Shown here in pieces: positions 1 through 14,602 of a stretch of 64,000 bases of DNA. The stretch comes from the human T2T-CHM13v2.0 reference genome, Homo sapiens. Positions within the stretch are counted from its first letter, which is position 1. Each line of letters begins with the position of its first letter. The stretch lies in assembly GCF_009914755.1 (NCBI RefSeq), contig NC_060925.1. The stretch is one strand, 5' to 3'. A model generated the notes under the pieces. It was not told the DNA's origin. It worked only from the letters and a program-made list of their open reading frames with translations, and did not search any database. The position numbers and the translations under genes were made by a program.

Positions 1-807
1 AATTGTTCAGGGATTTTTAAAGTTTGTGAATGTATACTACATTAAAAAACACATCCCATAATTATATTACATTTATAAAGTGCCTGTCTAAACAAAACTT
101 CCCAGATGTCCTCCTAAGACTCCATTTGTATTTATCCTCACTAGAAAACAGTATCCTTCTCCCAATAAAGTTTTTGTAGTTATCTTTGCTTTAAAACTAG
201 TTTTTACTAAAATATGTATATGTTTGTATTGGCAGTGTTAGGATGAAATGAAAGCATACTGGACAAGAAGTCCAAAAATTTGGATATATCATCAACTCTG
301 TCATTTACTGTCCATGTGATAAGTCAGTTAAAATCTATGAATTCTGTTTTCTCAATGGGAAAACAAGATAATGGTGACCGCTTCTCTCACAGAGAGTACC
401 ATGGTACTTAAACATCATAAAGTATGTGAAACTATTCTAAAAATATGTAAATTGGCATTACAATTTATATATTATTGTGTACATATGTATTAACAGCAAA
501 ATGTCTGCAGTTAGGACCACATCCTGTTGTAATTTTTACCCCATCCACCCCCTCATTGGCAGATAGTGCAGTGGCAGGCCATAGTAGACCTTTAATAAAA
601 GTAATGTTAAGACTTAAATCAATAAGTGAAACTGGTGATAAAATTTACTTAATTCTTCAAATAGTTCTTCCTTCATTAAAATCCAACAATTAATTCTCAT
701 GTTTTTTTCCTGTCTGATACAGTAAAATCTACATTTAAAAATGCTTAAATTATTTTAAAATGCTTGAAATATATTACCATAATTTCATTTCATGGTCAAA
801 TAATTAC

Positions 808-861
808 CTTTTCTCCAGGAACAGGTTGACCTGGGGAAAATCCTGGATCTCCTTTGGGGCC
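808..861 (-). CDS. COL24A1: Collagen XXIV alpha-1, exon 6 (GPKGDPGFSPGQPVPGEK, interrupted Gly-X-Y)
   Basis: 54-bp phase-0 exon: ttttatttag|GGC...AAG|gtaatt. Confidence 0.93.
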
Positions 862-1848
862 CTAAATAAAATAGTTATAAAACAGTTGGTGAAGCATAAG
901 TTGCATATAATGTGTCATATATCTTCAGGTATTTATTACCAGATGTTATATACATTATATGGTGTTAAATAAAATAATTTTACATTGAGATAGGCATTGG
1001 TTATTTCATTTTTTAATGTATATTTTTCTTAGCCTTATTTTTAAATGATGAGAAGATTCCTAAAAGTTCTCTAGACATAGTTGATTTTTTAATCTAATAA
1101 ATTTAAAGTTATACTACTATTGAAACATTTTTCTTGAAGGACCTAGGTAGATTTATTATTTTTTCCATTTTTGTGACATATTGAGTTGTTATTCCTATTT
1201 TAGCATTGAAAGACTATTACTTTAGTAAAAGAAAACTTCTTATAATAATCCTTAAAATTCTAAGATATCATTCCAAGTTTAAATATTTTCCAAAATATTA
1301 CAATGCACATGTATTACTTTTATTATTAAGAAAAATGAACATAAAAAAGATACCTCTAATCCACAAAATTCTTTTTATTCTGTTATAAAATTAGATAAGT
1401 TTCACAGTGTGGGGATCTTTATCTTTTACATTTCAAGATAAATATGACATTAGGTTTCAGCTAAAGTTTTTGGGTACAATATCAAAATATTTTTATGATG
1501 CATAGTAGCAAAGTAACTCTTTTTCAAACAATTTGTCATATCTCAAAATATAGGGGCCACAATGGAGATTCTTTAAAATTCAAATTCTGATTTTATTACC
1601 ATTCTCAACTAAGAATAAATAATTCTCCTTCCTAGATACTTCTAAATACTATTTTCACTGGGAAATAGTCATATCTTCTTTACATATTCAGGGATGCTTT
1701 TAAATGACACTTAAGCTGACTGATGAAGGATGAAATACCAAAAGAAAAGTCCTGCGTGTCCCCCAGTAAGTATTTTCATTTTACAAATTAGAAATGAACC
1801 CTCACTGGCAGAGTCCTGTATTCTATAGTCAAAGAAAAATTCTACATT

Positions 1849-3166
<1,318 letters not shown>

Positions 3167-5884
3167 TTTTTTTTTTTCTATAAGGAAAGTTTGTCTTCCA
3201 GGTTGACCTCTTTTTCATCATAGCCATCACTGTTTGCTCCACTATTAAGGCTACAATTTTAGGTCATTGGTTACAAGGTTATGAAACCTAAGAAATGGCT
3301 TTGGTGATATCTTAATATTTAAAAACTTAACTCATCATCAAAAAAGTTAATATACTTAGAATTTATAAGAGTAATTAGAGCTTATCTAGTAAAACATATT
3401 TTGTAGATAAAAGAAGCAATAAAGCCCAGAAGAGTTAATTGACTTGCTAAGGATTACTTAGGAAAGTATTGGCAAACAATGTCCATTTTCTTTCTTGTAT
3501 CACAATGCCTATTACAAATCTTATCTATTGGTTTTAATATATTTTAATCTTTTATTATAAAAGCTAACTAGTTGATTCAAGGCTATAATTTACAAAGATT
3601 TTTAAAATAAGAAATGATAGCCCTTGAAAAGTTTAAATATAATAAAACCCTTTGTGGCCAATGTTTTTATTATAAATATCATGTTAAAAATTCTTACGTT
3701 TAGATCCTATTTGAATTTTCTATCATCTGTCAGCTTTCTTAATATCATCAAATAATTTAATGTTTAATCTCCACTTTAAAAATTGATAGAGTGGGCAAAA
3801 GTAATCAATTGAACAATAAAAATTAGATTTTAAAGGGTACTTTTTCTTCATGTGTTATACATCTGGGCAACACATTTGACACATATATGTCAAATTTCTC
3901 TTTGTTCTACACAAATATGATTGAGTTAATTGATCAACTCATGTTTTAGAATGGGAATTTCAAGTCAGTATGGAGGAAATGCTCTTAACTTGGCTAGTTG
4001 TGGGCTGATCCTTCCTAATATAAAATGCATGCAGCGAAGACTATTGAATAATGCCAACTTTATCTAAAATGTCAAGGAAGTAGGGCATGCTTCTCTGCAT
4101 TGAAGGAGAAAACTCCAAAATTTCTTATTTTCTCCCTCATTTTGTATCAACTGTTGGACTCTTGACACACTTTTCATCTTACTTGATTAGTTTTTCAAAT
4201 CCCCTTTGGAATTATATAAAATACTTATAAATTCATTAATTAATCATAACTGACTCTGAACCTCAGTACCGACTTCCACTTACTTCTGCATGACTTTTGT
4301 TAAAGGAAGTATATATCCTTTTGACTATGAGTAAGAGGAAAAGGAAATTGCCTATTCTTTGTTACTCAAAGTTCCAACTATCCCACTGATCTGCTAGAGT
4401 TTAAAATCATTTTTATCAGAGTAAGTCTTTTAGTCCATTATTGAATCTCCAGAGGGCCCTCGGTCTAGGGAGGGAAAGTCCCCAAGGTAGAGGACCCATT
4501 AACATGTTAGAACAGATTTATCTTAGATTAGCATCTGCTCAATATAATTGAAAGAGCATTGGGATTTGGAGTGAAAACACCAAACAATTCATTTAAACTC
4601 TCAATTTGAGATTTCTTCTCTGTAAACTCGTATTAATAATAATGAGCTTTAGGACCAAATTCTCTATGGATTATAAAGGTATTAGTAGTCAGTACTAAAA
4701 TTAACAGGACTAAAAACAATTATTATTAAAATCACTTTTACAATTGTTGCCATCTTGGAAAGCAGATAACACAACTTTTGAGTGAATTATTAATGAAGCA
4801 GCAAAACTTTAATAGAGAATAATTTGGAATCTAAAAATTCAGAGTAGGAATGAACTAAATTGTGAGAATATCACAAAGGAAACACTAAATGACATGACCT
4901 TGAGGTAGCGTCATTTGGATATTCTTGACTTTGACATTACTAATAACCACATAAGCTTCATAATCTCAATTACACTCTCCAACCAACACTTCCTATCTTT
5001 AGCCCACTCTTCATAGGCCTCCACAACTTTAACATTTATTTGATTCACTTTAACATTTATTTATTTGAAGCTGCTAATATGTGGATCCTACCACATTTTC
5101 ATTGGTTCATCCCCCTTATGGCCTCGCTTTCCTCCTCAGCCTAAATACAAGGGTCTAACATAGTCACTCCATTGCATACATAAATGACCCTACTTCCCCT
5201 TTCTCTCTCTGTCTTATAAGCTTACCTGGCAATTCTTAAATCTAAATTCTATCTATTCTGCACCTGCCTAACAGCCGAATGTGACTAAGAGAAAAAATTC
5301 ATGTTGACAAACTTCACTTTAAATTCATAACTTCTTTCATTGTTTGGTCTTTTATTTAATGTGTCCAATAATTGTCTTAGTCAATTCACATTCCCATTTT
5401 TATAGATGATTATTTCATAACTCCTTCTCTTTCTTTCCTCTTAGCTAGTGATCTTGTTTTTAATTTTTATAAGTTCTCACAACCAAGTCTACTACCTCAA
5501 CCTAACTCTGTTCTAAAATGCTCTGCCTTCTCTCATTAAACAGACAAATCCACCATTCTTTCACCAGGCTATCACTGACGCTCTGTTTTTCCTGCATTAT
5601 TTTAACTTTTACTTCTCTTCAGAATAATTTCTATATACCCAGGATAATTTCCATTACAGTAAACATACTTTAAGTTTTGTCATCTAAAAAAAGCTTTCCT
5701 TGAGCCTACATGTCTCCTTTCTGCTCCTTATGCTATTCCCTTTTAGAGTGAAACTCCTAAGTTGTTTCTGTTAGCTAGGAGACCTCCTCTCCTTTTGTTC
5801 TCTCTTGGACCTACTCTACACAGACTTTTTTGTCCCTACCACTATCCTACTTCACTTATCATTCTTTCTCAATCTTGTTGTTAT

Positions 5885-6240
5885 TGTATTGTTGTTGTTG
5901 TTCTTCTTCTCCTTCTTTCTTCTCTTTTCTTTCTTCGTCTTTCTTCTCCTTTTTCTACTTCTCCTCCTCCTCCTTCTTCTCCTCCTCCCCCCTCCTCTTC
6001 CTCCCTCCTCCTCCTCCCTCCTCCTCCCTTCTCCTCCTCCCTCCTCCTCCCTTCTCCTCCTCCCTCCTCCTCCCTCCTCCCTCCTCCTCCCTTCTCCTCC
6101 CCCTCCTCCTCCCCCCTCCTCCTCCTCCCTCGTCCTTCTCCTTCTCCTCCTCCTTCTTCTTTTTCTTATTCTTATTCTTCCTCCTCCTCCTCCTCCCCTT
6201 CTCCTCCTCCTCCTCCTTCTTCTTCCTCTTCCTCTTCCTA
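5885..6240. repeat. Polypyrimidine (CTT/CCT)n low-complexity tract preceded by (GTT)n
   Basis: About 350 bp almost exclusively C/T on the + strand. Confidence 0.95.
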
Positions 6241-6479
6241 TTTATTAAACTCTGGAGTATCCCCCATAAGGCTTAGTCTTTGGACGTTATCTGCATTCAT
6301 CCCTAGATGATCTCATGAACTCTATATCTTTAAATTCCACATATACACTGATGACTGTAAACTGTATTTCTAGCTATGGCATGTCCCCTGAACTCCAGAT
6401 CCAAATCCTATTTTTAAATCTCCACTTGGATGTTAAATAGTGATCTCAGTTGAATATGTCCAAGAAAGAGCTCTTGGAA

Positions 6480-8010
6480 ATTCTGGTCCAGATAGTCACA
6501 GAGTAGCATGTATGGGATGAATCCTCCTGTAGATAATGATTACAAAGTCAGGATAAGATACATAAAACAAAATTATGTGAGTATACAGGAGAGCAACCAA
6601 AAACAGGATACACTGGAGGGGATTCAACCCTTGAAAGGGAGACCCATACTTTGTGTAATACATATTTATACAGCTTGTCTCCTGAGGATACTCCCTAGTC
6701 TGCATGGAGTGACTAGAATTAAAGCAGAAATAGACCTTTTACTAATGGTGTCAGAGGTCAGAGTAAGGGGCTACCAGAATGACTGTAAATTGGGGAAGAA
6801 AATTAAAAGAAAGAAGGAAAAAGAAGAAAGGAAGGAAAGACAGAGAAGCAAGAGAAAGAAAGGAAAGGAAAGGGGAGGGGAGCAGAGGAGAGGAAAGGAA
6901 AGGAGAGGAAGAAAAGAAAGGAGCTTCCCCCAAATGCTGGATATAGATTTTTCAATCCTTGGCTGACACTAACATGTGCTTATATGAGGTAGACTCCAAA
7001 GAGCTCAACAGAAGCAGGTGGAAGGCTGAAAGAATTGAACATAAATATCAGCTGCTGGTCACCACAGGGGAAACAGTTTGGGGGTTTAGCCACATCCTTT
7101 TAGAAGAACATGGTAAATACTTTGGTAAACACCTTTCCATTGACATTCAGGAAGGGCCATGCTTTAGAAGTAAATATGACATCCTTGGACTGCGACTCAC
7201 ACCAAGAGCAAAACTGAAACAAATCTGTCCTTTAAAAAGTTACCAAGCCCATAAGTTTAAGGTGACTCTTTTGGTAAAAAGTTACCAAACCTTTAAGTTT
7301 AAGGTGATGAACCAGTTATTTAACTATCTACAGAATAAAAATGAACAGTCTTCAATTCAAAGGACGTAACAGAATCTAACATCTCTTCAACGTATCATCC
7401 ACAATATCCAGTATATACAAAATCTTCTAGACATACAAAAAAAATGGGGGAGGGGAAAATCTGACCTGAGGTTAACACTATCATTAACCACCATAATCTA
7501 ATTGGCATTTATATAACACCACACCAAATAACTGCAAAATACACAATCTTTTGAAGTATATGTAGAATGTTGACAAAAATAGGTCACATATTGGGCCATA
7601 AAATGCCTTGGTAAATTTTAAAAGGTTAAATTCCACCAGTATGTGCTCTCTGATCAAAATGGAACTAAATTAGAAAAATAATAAAGAAAACAACATACTT
7701 CTAAATAAGCAGGTCAAAAAAGAAATTATATATTTCCGAGTGATAATGAAAATGTAACATATCAAATTTTGTGAGATGCAGTTAAATCTGTTTTTAAAGG
7801 AAACTTTATAACTTTAAATATTAGAAGAGAAGAAAGGTTTATAATCAGTAGTTTAGCTTTCCACCTTAAGCTGGAAAATGAAGAACAAATTACATATAAA
7901 ATAAGCAGAAGGAAGAAAATAATAAAGAGTTGAAATCAGTGAAATATAATGTAGTCCATAGAGAAAATTAACAAAGCCAAATATTGACTCTTTAAAATGA
8001 TTAATGAAAA
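6480..8010 (+). mobile_element. Old L1M fragments with an internal GA-rich tract (~6795-6920)
   Basis: Degenerate ORF2 endonuclease-region similarity at ~7490-8010; the upstream part resembles an L1M 5' region. Confidence 0.6.
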
Positions 8011-8469
8011 GTTGTTATTTCCTACCAGGTGAAACCAAGACAAAACATACAAAGAAAAACCTGCAAACATGTTATTTCTCATTATAGCAGATAGGAGGTC
8101 CCATAATAGCAGCTGTTCAACTGCTCAAGCCTTAGCATTATCTTTGGCTCTTCTCTTTCACACTATATATGTAATCTACCAGCAAATCATGTTGACTGTA
8201 ATTCAAAATGTATCTAGATTGTGACCACTTCTCACCACCTCAACTGCTAATACCTTTATCCATGCCATCATCACAAATGGCATGGACTAGGGATGACTAG
8301 CAGAGTAGACTCAACTGGTATCCCTGTTTCCACCTGTCTCCCACCCCAAACTATTCTCCACATGACAGCCAGAAGTATCCTAGAGTATTACTGGATGATG
8401 TTATTTGCCTGCTTAGAACTCTTCAATGAATATTCAACACAATCAGAATAAAATCCGACCAAAATCTTT

Positions 8470-8667
8470 TTTTTTTAATTTTATTATTATTATACTTTAA
8501 GTTTTAGGGTACATGTGCACTATACCCAAAGGATTATAAATCATGCTGCTATAAAGACACATGCACACGTATGTTTATTGCGGCACTATTCACAATAGCA
8601 AAGACTTGGAACCAACCCAAATGTCCAACAATGATAGACTGGATTAAGAAAACGTGGCACAAATACA
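8470..8667 (-). mobile_element. ~200-bp young L1PA insertion with inversion and internal deletion, 12-bp TSD
   Basis: Poly-T tail plus terminal L1 3' end (8470-8520), then an oppositely oriented ORF2-end segment (8521-8667). ACCAAAATCTTT occurs at both 8458-8469 and 8668-8679. Confidence 0.93.
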
Positions 8668-8995
8668 ACCAAAATCTTTACCAATAGAATTGGCTCCTAC
8701 TACCTCTCTGATCATATTCCTGACACTTAACCTCATTCAGCTATTCTTCAAAGATTGAATCAAGGCCTTTGGATTTAGTAAACTGTTGTTTTTCAATGTT
8801 TTCATCAGGAATGCCAAAGTAGTGATTTTTAATTCTAGCATTCTTTATTTAGTAGCTCTTTCTATAATAAGAAACTTCCATTTATCAACTATTTTGTTAT
8901 CCTGAAGTTCAATTCTGTAAGGAAGGGAGGCAATTTTTAAAAGTTTGCTTCTTTCCTTTTATTTTTCTTCTATTTACCATTTTTTAAAATAATGA

Positions 8996-9727
8996 TGTGG
9001 TATAATAAAATATATATATTTGGTTTTTGTCCCCAGTTCCTGGCATAGAGCTCCTAAACTCCTTGAAATTTCCTGAGTGATAGGGGTGTCTTTTGTTAGT
9101 CATAACAAGCCCCTTCTGACCACACCAGAGTCTATGCTAATAAGATGACACACGCTGGGATCCCTAAATAGCTTTCAGCATTGGGGTCTGGTCACCAGAA
9201 AGACACACAAATGATTAGAGAATGGGAACTTTCAGCCCTACTTTCCCCTACCCCCTCTGCCAGGGAGGGGAGAGAGGGGCTAGAAATTGGGTTATAAAAA
9301 CTCTTGAACAAGATTTGAAGAGCTTCTGTTGGTGAACATGTTGATTTCCTGGGAAGGTGGTATGGTGGGATAGAGCATAAAAGCTCCACACTCCCCATCC
9401 CCAATTCTTTGCCTTATGTCTCTCTTTCATTAGGCTGTTCCTGAGTTGTATCCTTTACAATAAACTGGTAAAAGTAAGTAAAGTGTTTTCCTGAGTTCTC
9501 TAAACCATTCTAGTAAAATATTGAATCTGAGAGGATGGGTCATGGGAACCCCTGAGCTTGCAGTTTGTCCAAGCAGAAGTGTGCGTCTGGGCATCTCATT
9601 TTTGTCTGGCATCTGAAGTGTGGGAAGTCTTATAGGACTCAGTGTTAAAAACTGTGGAGATGATGCTAACTCTGGTAAGCTGTTGTCAGAACTGAATTGA
9701 ATTGTTGCATATCCAACTGGTGTCAGA
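8996..9727 (+). mobile_element. MER21-family LTR
   Basis: Starts tgtggtataataaaatatatatatttggtttttgtccccagttcctggc, resembling MER21; internal AATAAA near 9459. Confidence 0.7.
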
Positions 9728-9780
9728 GGATCTGAGGATCTTACAGATATAATTACCCAGCATCATCAAAAGATGATCAA

Positions 9781-12700
9781 TGACTTTGTTGAAGTTGTAT
9801 ATCAGCTTAAGGAGCTTTGGGTCCAAGACTATGGGGTTTTCTAGGTATAGAATCATATTGTCTGCAAACAAGGATAGTTTGACTCCCTCTCTTCCTATTT
9901 GGGTGCCCTTTATTTCTTTCTCTTGCCTATTTTGCTCCGGCCAGGACTTCCAGTACTATGTTGAATAGAAGTGGTGAGAGAGGGCATACTTGTCTTATGC
10001 TGGTTTTCAAGGGTAATGCTTCCAGCTTTTGCCCATCCAGTATAATGTTAGCTGTGCATTTGTCATATATGGTTCTTATTATTTTGAAGTATGTTTCTTC
10101 AATGCCAGGTTTATTGAGAGTTTTTAACATGAAGGGGTGTTGAATTTTATCAAAAGCCTTTTCTGCATCTATTGAGATAATCATGTGGTTTTTGTCTTTA
10201 ATTCTGTTTATGTGATGAATCACATATTGATTTGCATATGTTGAAACAACCTTGCATGGCAGAGATAAAGTCTGCTTGATCATAGTGGATAAGTTTTCCA
10301 ATGTGCTGCTGGATTCAGTTTGCCAGTATTTTGTTGAGAATTTTTGCATCAATGTTCATCAAGGATGTTGGCATACAGTTTTCTTTTCTTGTACCTCTGC
10401 CAGGTTTTAGTATCGGGATGATGCTGGCCTCATTTAATGAGTTAGAAAGGAGTCCTTCCTCCTCAAATTTTTGGAATAGTTTCAGTAGGAATTGTACCAG
10501 CTCTTTTTTGTACATCTAGTAGAATTTTACTACGAATCTATCTGGTCCTGAGCTTTTTTTTTTAACCAAAAAAAGGCTATTTATTACTGATTCCATTTTG
10601 GTGCTCATTTTTGGTCTGTTAAGGAATGCAATTTCTTCTGGGTTCATTCTTGGGAAAGTGTGTGTGTCCAGGAACTTATCATTTCTTCTAAATTTTCCAG
10701 TTTTGGTGCATAGAAGTGTTTATAATATTCTCTGATGGTTACTTGTATTTCTGTGAGGTCAGTGGTAATATCCCCTTTGTTGTTTCTAATTGTGTTTATA
10801 TGAATCTTTTCTCTTCCTTTTTATTAGTCTAGCTAGCAGTCTATTTATTTTACTAATTTTTTCAAAAAACCAGTTCCAGGATTTGTTGATCTTTGAATGA
10901 TTTTGCATGTCTCAATCTCCTTCAGTTCAGCTCTGATTTTGGTTATTTCTTGTCTTCTGCTAACTTTGAGGTTAGTTTTCTCTTGGTTATCCAGTTCTTT
11001 TAGTTGTGATATTAGGTTGTTAAATTGAGATATTTCTTTTTGATATGGGTGTTTAGTGCAATACATTTCCCCTTAATACTGCCTTAGCTGTGTGGTAGAG
11101 ATTCTGATATTCGTATCTTTGTTCTCATTAGTTTCAAAGAACTTCTTCACTCCTGCCTTAATTTCATTGTTTACCCAAAAGCTGTGCAGGAGAAGGTTAT
11201 TTAATTTCAATGTAATTGTATGGTTTTGAGCAATTTTCTTAGCCTGGATTTCTAATTTTACTTTGCTGTAGTCCAAGAGAGTGGTTGGTATGAATTCAAT
11301 TCTTTTGCATTTGCTGAGGATTGTTTTACATCCGATTGTGTGGTCAATGTTAGAGTATGTGCCATGTGGTGATGAGAAGAATGTATATTCTGTTGTTTTG
11401 GGTGGTGAGTTCTGTAGATGTCTATCAGGCCCATTTGATCCAGTGCTGAGTTCAGGTCCTGAATATCTTTGTTAATTTTCTGCCTCAATGATGTGTCTAA
11501 TACTGTCAGTGGGGTATGAAAGTATCCCACTATTATTGCATGGGAATCTAAATCTTTTTGAAGGTCTCTAAGAACTTGCTTTATGAATCTGGTTGCTCCT
11601 GTGTTGGGATGCATATATATTTAGAAAAGTTAGGTCTTCTTGTTGAATTGAACCTTTTACCATTATATAATGCCCTTCTTTGTCTTTTTTGATATTTGCT
11701 GGCTTAAAGTCTGTTTTGTCCAAAATTGGGATTGCAACCCATGCTTTTTTTCTGTTTTCCATTTGCTTGATAGATTTTTCTTTATCTCTTTATTTTGAGC
11801 CTATGTGTGTTACTGCATGTAAGATGAATCTCTTAAAGACAGCCTAACATTGAGTTTTGGTTCTTTAGCCTGCCACTCCGTTCCTTTTCATTGAGACATT
11901 TAGCCTGTTTACATTCAAGATTAGTATTAATATATGTGGATTTGATACTGTCTTCATGATGTTAGCTGGTTTTTATGCAGACTTGTTTGTGTGGTTGTTT
12001 TAAAGTGTCACTGGTCTGTGTACATAAGTGTGTTTTTGTAGTGGCTGGTAATGGCCCTTCCTTTCCATATTTAGTGTTTCCTTCAGGAGCTCTTGTAAGG
12101 CAGGTCTGATGGTGATTAACTAACTCCCTCAGCATTTGCTTGTCTGAAAAGGATCTTATTTCTCCTTTGCTTACAAAGCTTAGTTTGGCTGGATACAAAA
12201 TTCTTGGTTGGAATTTCTTTTCTTTAAGAACGTTGAATATTGGCCCCCAGTCTCTTCTGGCAATGTATGGTTTCTGCTGAAAGGTCTGCTGTTAGTCTGA
12301 TAGGCTTCCCTTTCTGGGTGACCTGACCTTTCTCTCTAGTTGCCTTTAACATTTTTCCTTTCCTTTCAACCTTGGAGAATCTGACGATTATGTGTCTTGG
12401 GGATGATCTTCTTGGGAGGTATCTTGCCGGGGTTCTCTGTATTTCCTAAATTTGAATTTTGGCCTCTCTAGCTAGGTTAGGGAAGTTCTCATGGATGATA
12501 TCCTGAAATATGTTTTTCAAGTTGTTTCCATTCTCCCCATCTCTTTCAGCAATACCAATGAGTCATAGATTTGGTCTCTTTACATGATCCCCTATTTCTC
12601 AGGGGTTTTGTTCATTCCTTTTCATTCTTTTTTCTCATCCTTGTCTGACTGTCTTATTTCAGAAAGCCAGTCTTCAAGCTCTGAGATCTTTCTTTGGCTT

Positions 12701-14602
12701 GGTCTGTTTTAACACATGTGATTGTATTATGAAATTCTTATGTGTTTTTTTCAGCTCTATGAGATCAGTTACATTCTTTTCTATACTGGCTATTTTGCCT
12801 GTCAGCTCCTGTATCATTTCATTGTGATTCTTAGCTTCCTTGGATTGGGTTTGCGCTTACTGCTGCATCTCAATGATCTTTGTTCCTGTTCATATTCTGA
12901 ATTCTATTTCTGTCATTTCAGCCATCTCAGCCCAGTTCAGAACCTTGCTGCAGGGCTAATGCAGTCATTTGGAGGAAAGAAGGCACTCTGACTTTTTAAG
13001 TTCTCAGAGTTCTTGTACTGGTTCTTTCTCATCTTTGTGGGCTGATGTTACTTCAGTCTTTGAAATTGATGTCCTTTGAATGGTTTGTTTTTCTTTTATC
13101 CTATTTGATGAACTTGAGGGTTTTATTGTGATATAAGGCTGGCTCAGTCAACTGGCCTCATTTCTGGCAGATTTTAAGTGGCCAAGGCTCAACTCACAAC
13201 TCCTGGACTACATGCTCTAACACTGAGGGACTGATATTGGGCCTTGACTTTGTTCTCTGGCCCTTCAAGGTTAGGATCCCACTGCAATGGGAGGAGCTAA
13301 GTTCCTGGACCATTGATCACAGCATTCCAATGGGTAGTGCTAGCCAAAGTGTTTCATAGGGTGGTAGCAGTGGGATCTGTCCTTGTTTGCACAAGCCAGC
13401 AGCAGCGGCCGAGTGGCAGGATGCTAGCGGGTGCTGAGAGACCAGCCTCCATGCAGGTATTTACAGCAGTGGCAGAGGTAGCATGACTCAGGAAGGTGGG
13501 GGTCACACTGGTGGTGGTGTTAGCACAGGGACGAGGCACTGGCAGGTGCAGGACTGTGTGTGCCCTCCGTACATGTTCACACAGGTGGAGGTGGCTGCAC
13601 AGGGTGGGAGAGGGTCCACTGTTCTTTGTGCCTAGTTTCACTCCAGTGGCAGTGTTGACACAGGGGTGGGGTGCTGGCAGGAGCAGGGCTGGAAGGCTGT
13701 GTACCTACCAGGGCTCCAGCTGCAATAGCGGTATGGCAGAGGGAGGGGAGGTGGAGTGCACACACACCAGCTACAGTGCTATGGCAGGGTTCACATGCAA
13801 AACCGGTGGAACAAGGAAGGCAAGATCTGCCTGCAAACACATGCGTTAGCAAAGCAATACGGGGAGTGGCCATGGAACCTGGGGATGCTGCAGTGAGGGA
13901 AGGAACAGGTCAGCTGTTGCGTGTCCAGAGGGCCGCTCTGCTGGTCAGGCACAGTCCAACAGTGCAGGAGTTATGATGCGGGCCCCCAGGGCCCCAGTCT
14001 GGCTGCATCTGTTTGCAGTCCAGCATTGGGTGCCCTGGGAAAGGCCAGCAGATCAAGGAAAGCTCAGATCAGACCAGCCCCAGGTGATAGGGAAGACCAC
14101 CCTGCAGAGTTTACATCTGGGCTAAAGTTCCCCTAGGGGAACAGTCTCCTATGGGAGCAAGTGCAGCCTAGGGGGATTGGCATTCCTGGCCATGCTCCAC
14201 CACATATGCTCCTGTAACACACCCTTTGGGCTCCACACTGGCTGAGTGCTGCTCCTACCACTTATCTAAGCCGCTCTCCCTGTCAATGAAGTGGCTGTGG
14301 TGGTTGAGGGGTCTCCTCCTGCTGGGATTCCAGAGGCCTGTGGTGAAAGCAGGTTGCTCCTTGCCAGTTCAACTCACCTGTTCTCCAGGAGTCGCTGTGG
14401 TCCATGAATGAGTCCCGATGTGAAGTAGCCCCTGTGCAGAGTTCCCAGCTTCCTCCCTCTTCAGCCCAGCTTCTGTGTCTTCCCTCTGTCCACTCTCAGT
14501 GCCCTTTCTCTACAGATCTGTTAGGAGTGTGCCAGTCATCCCGATCTTCAGTGGCAGCTGTTCCACCTGGCTGTGTCTAGTCAGTCATCTTGCCCAGCTC
14601 CC
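9781..14602 (-). mobile_element. Older L1PA: 5' UTR, ORF1 and 5' half of ORF2; 3' end missing
   Basis: ORF fragments resemble ORF1 C-terminus (11962-12198) and EN/RT (9927-11762). GC-rich 5' UTR at 13300-14600 ends in a caagatg-type L1 5' terminus. Confidence 0.88.

Noticed and set aside
5762-6310. Three overlapping Pro/Ser/Leu-rich ORFs of 147-182 aa
   Set aside because: Artefacts of a stop-free (CCT/CTT)n tract; no splice or codon evidence.
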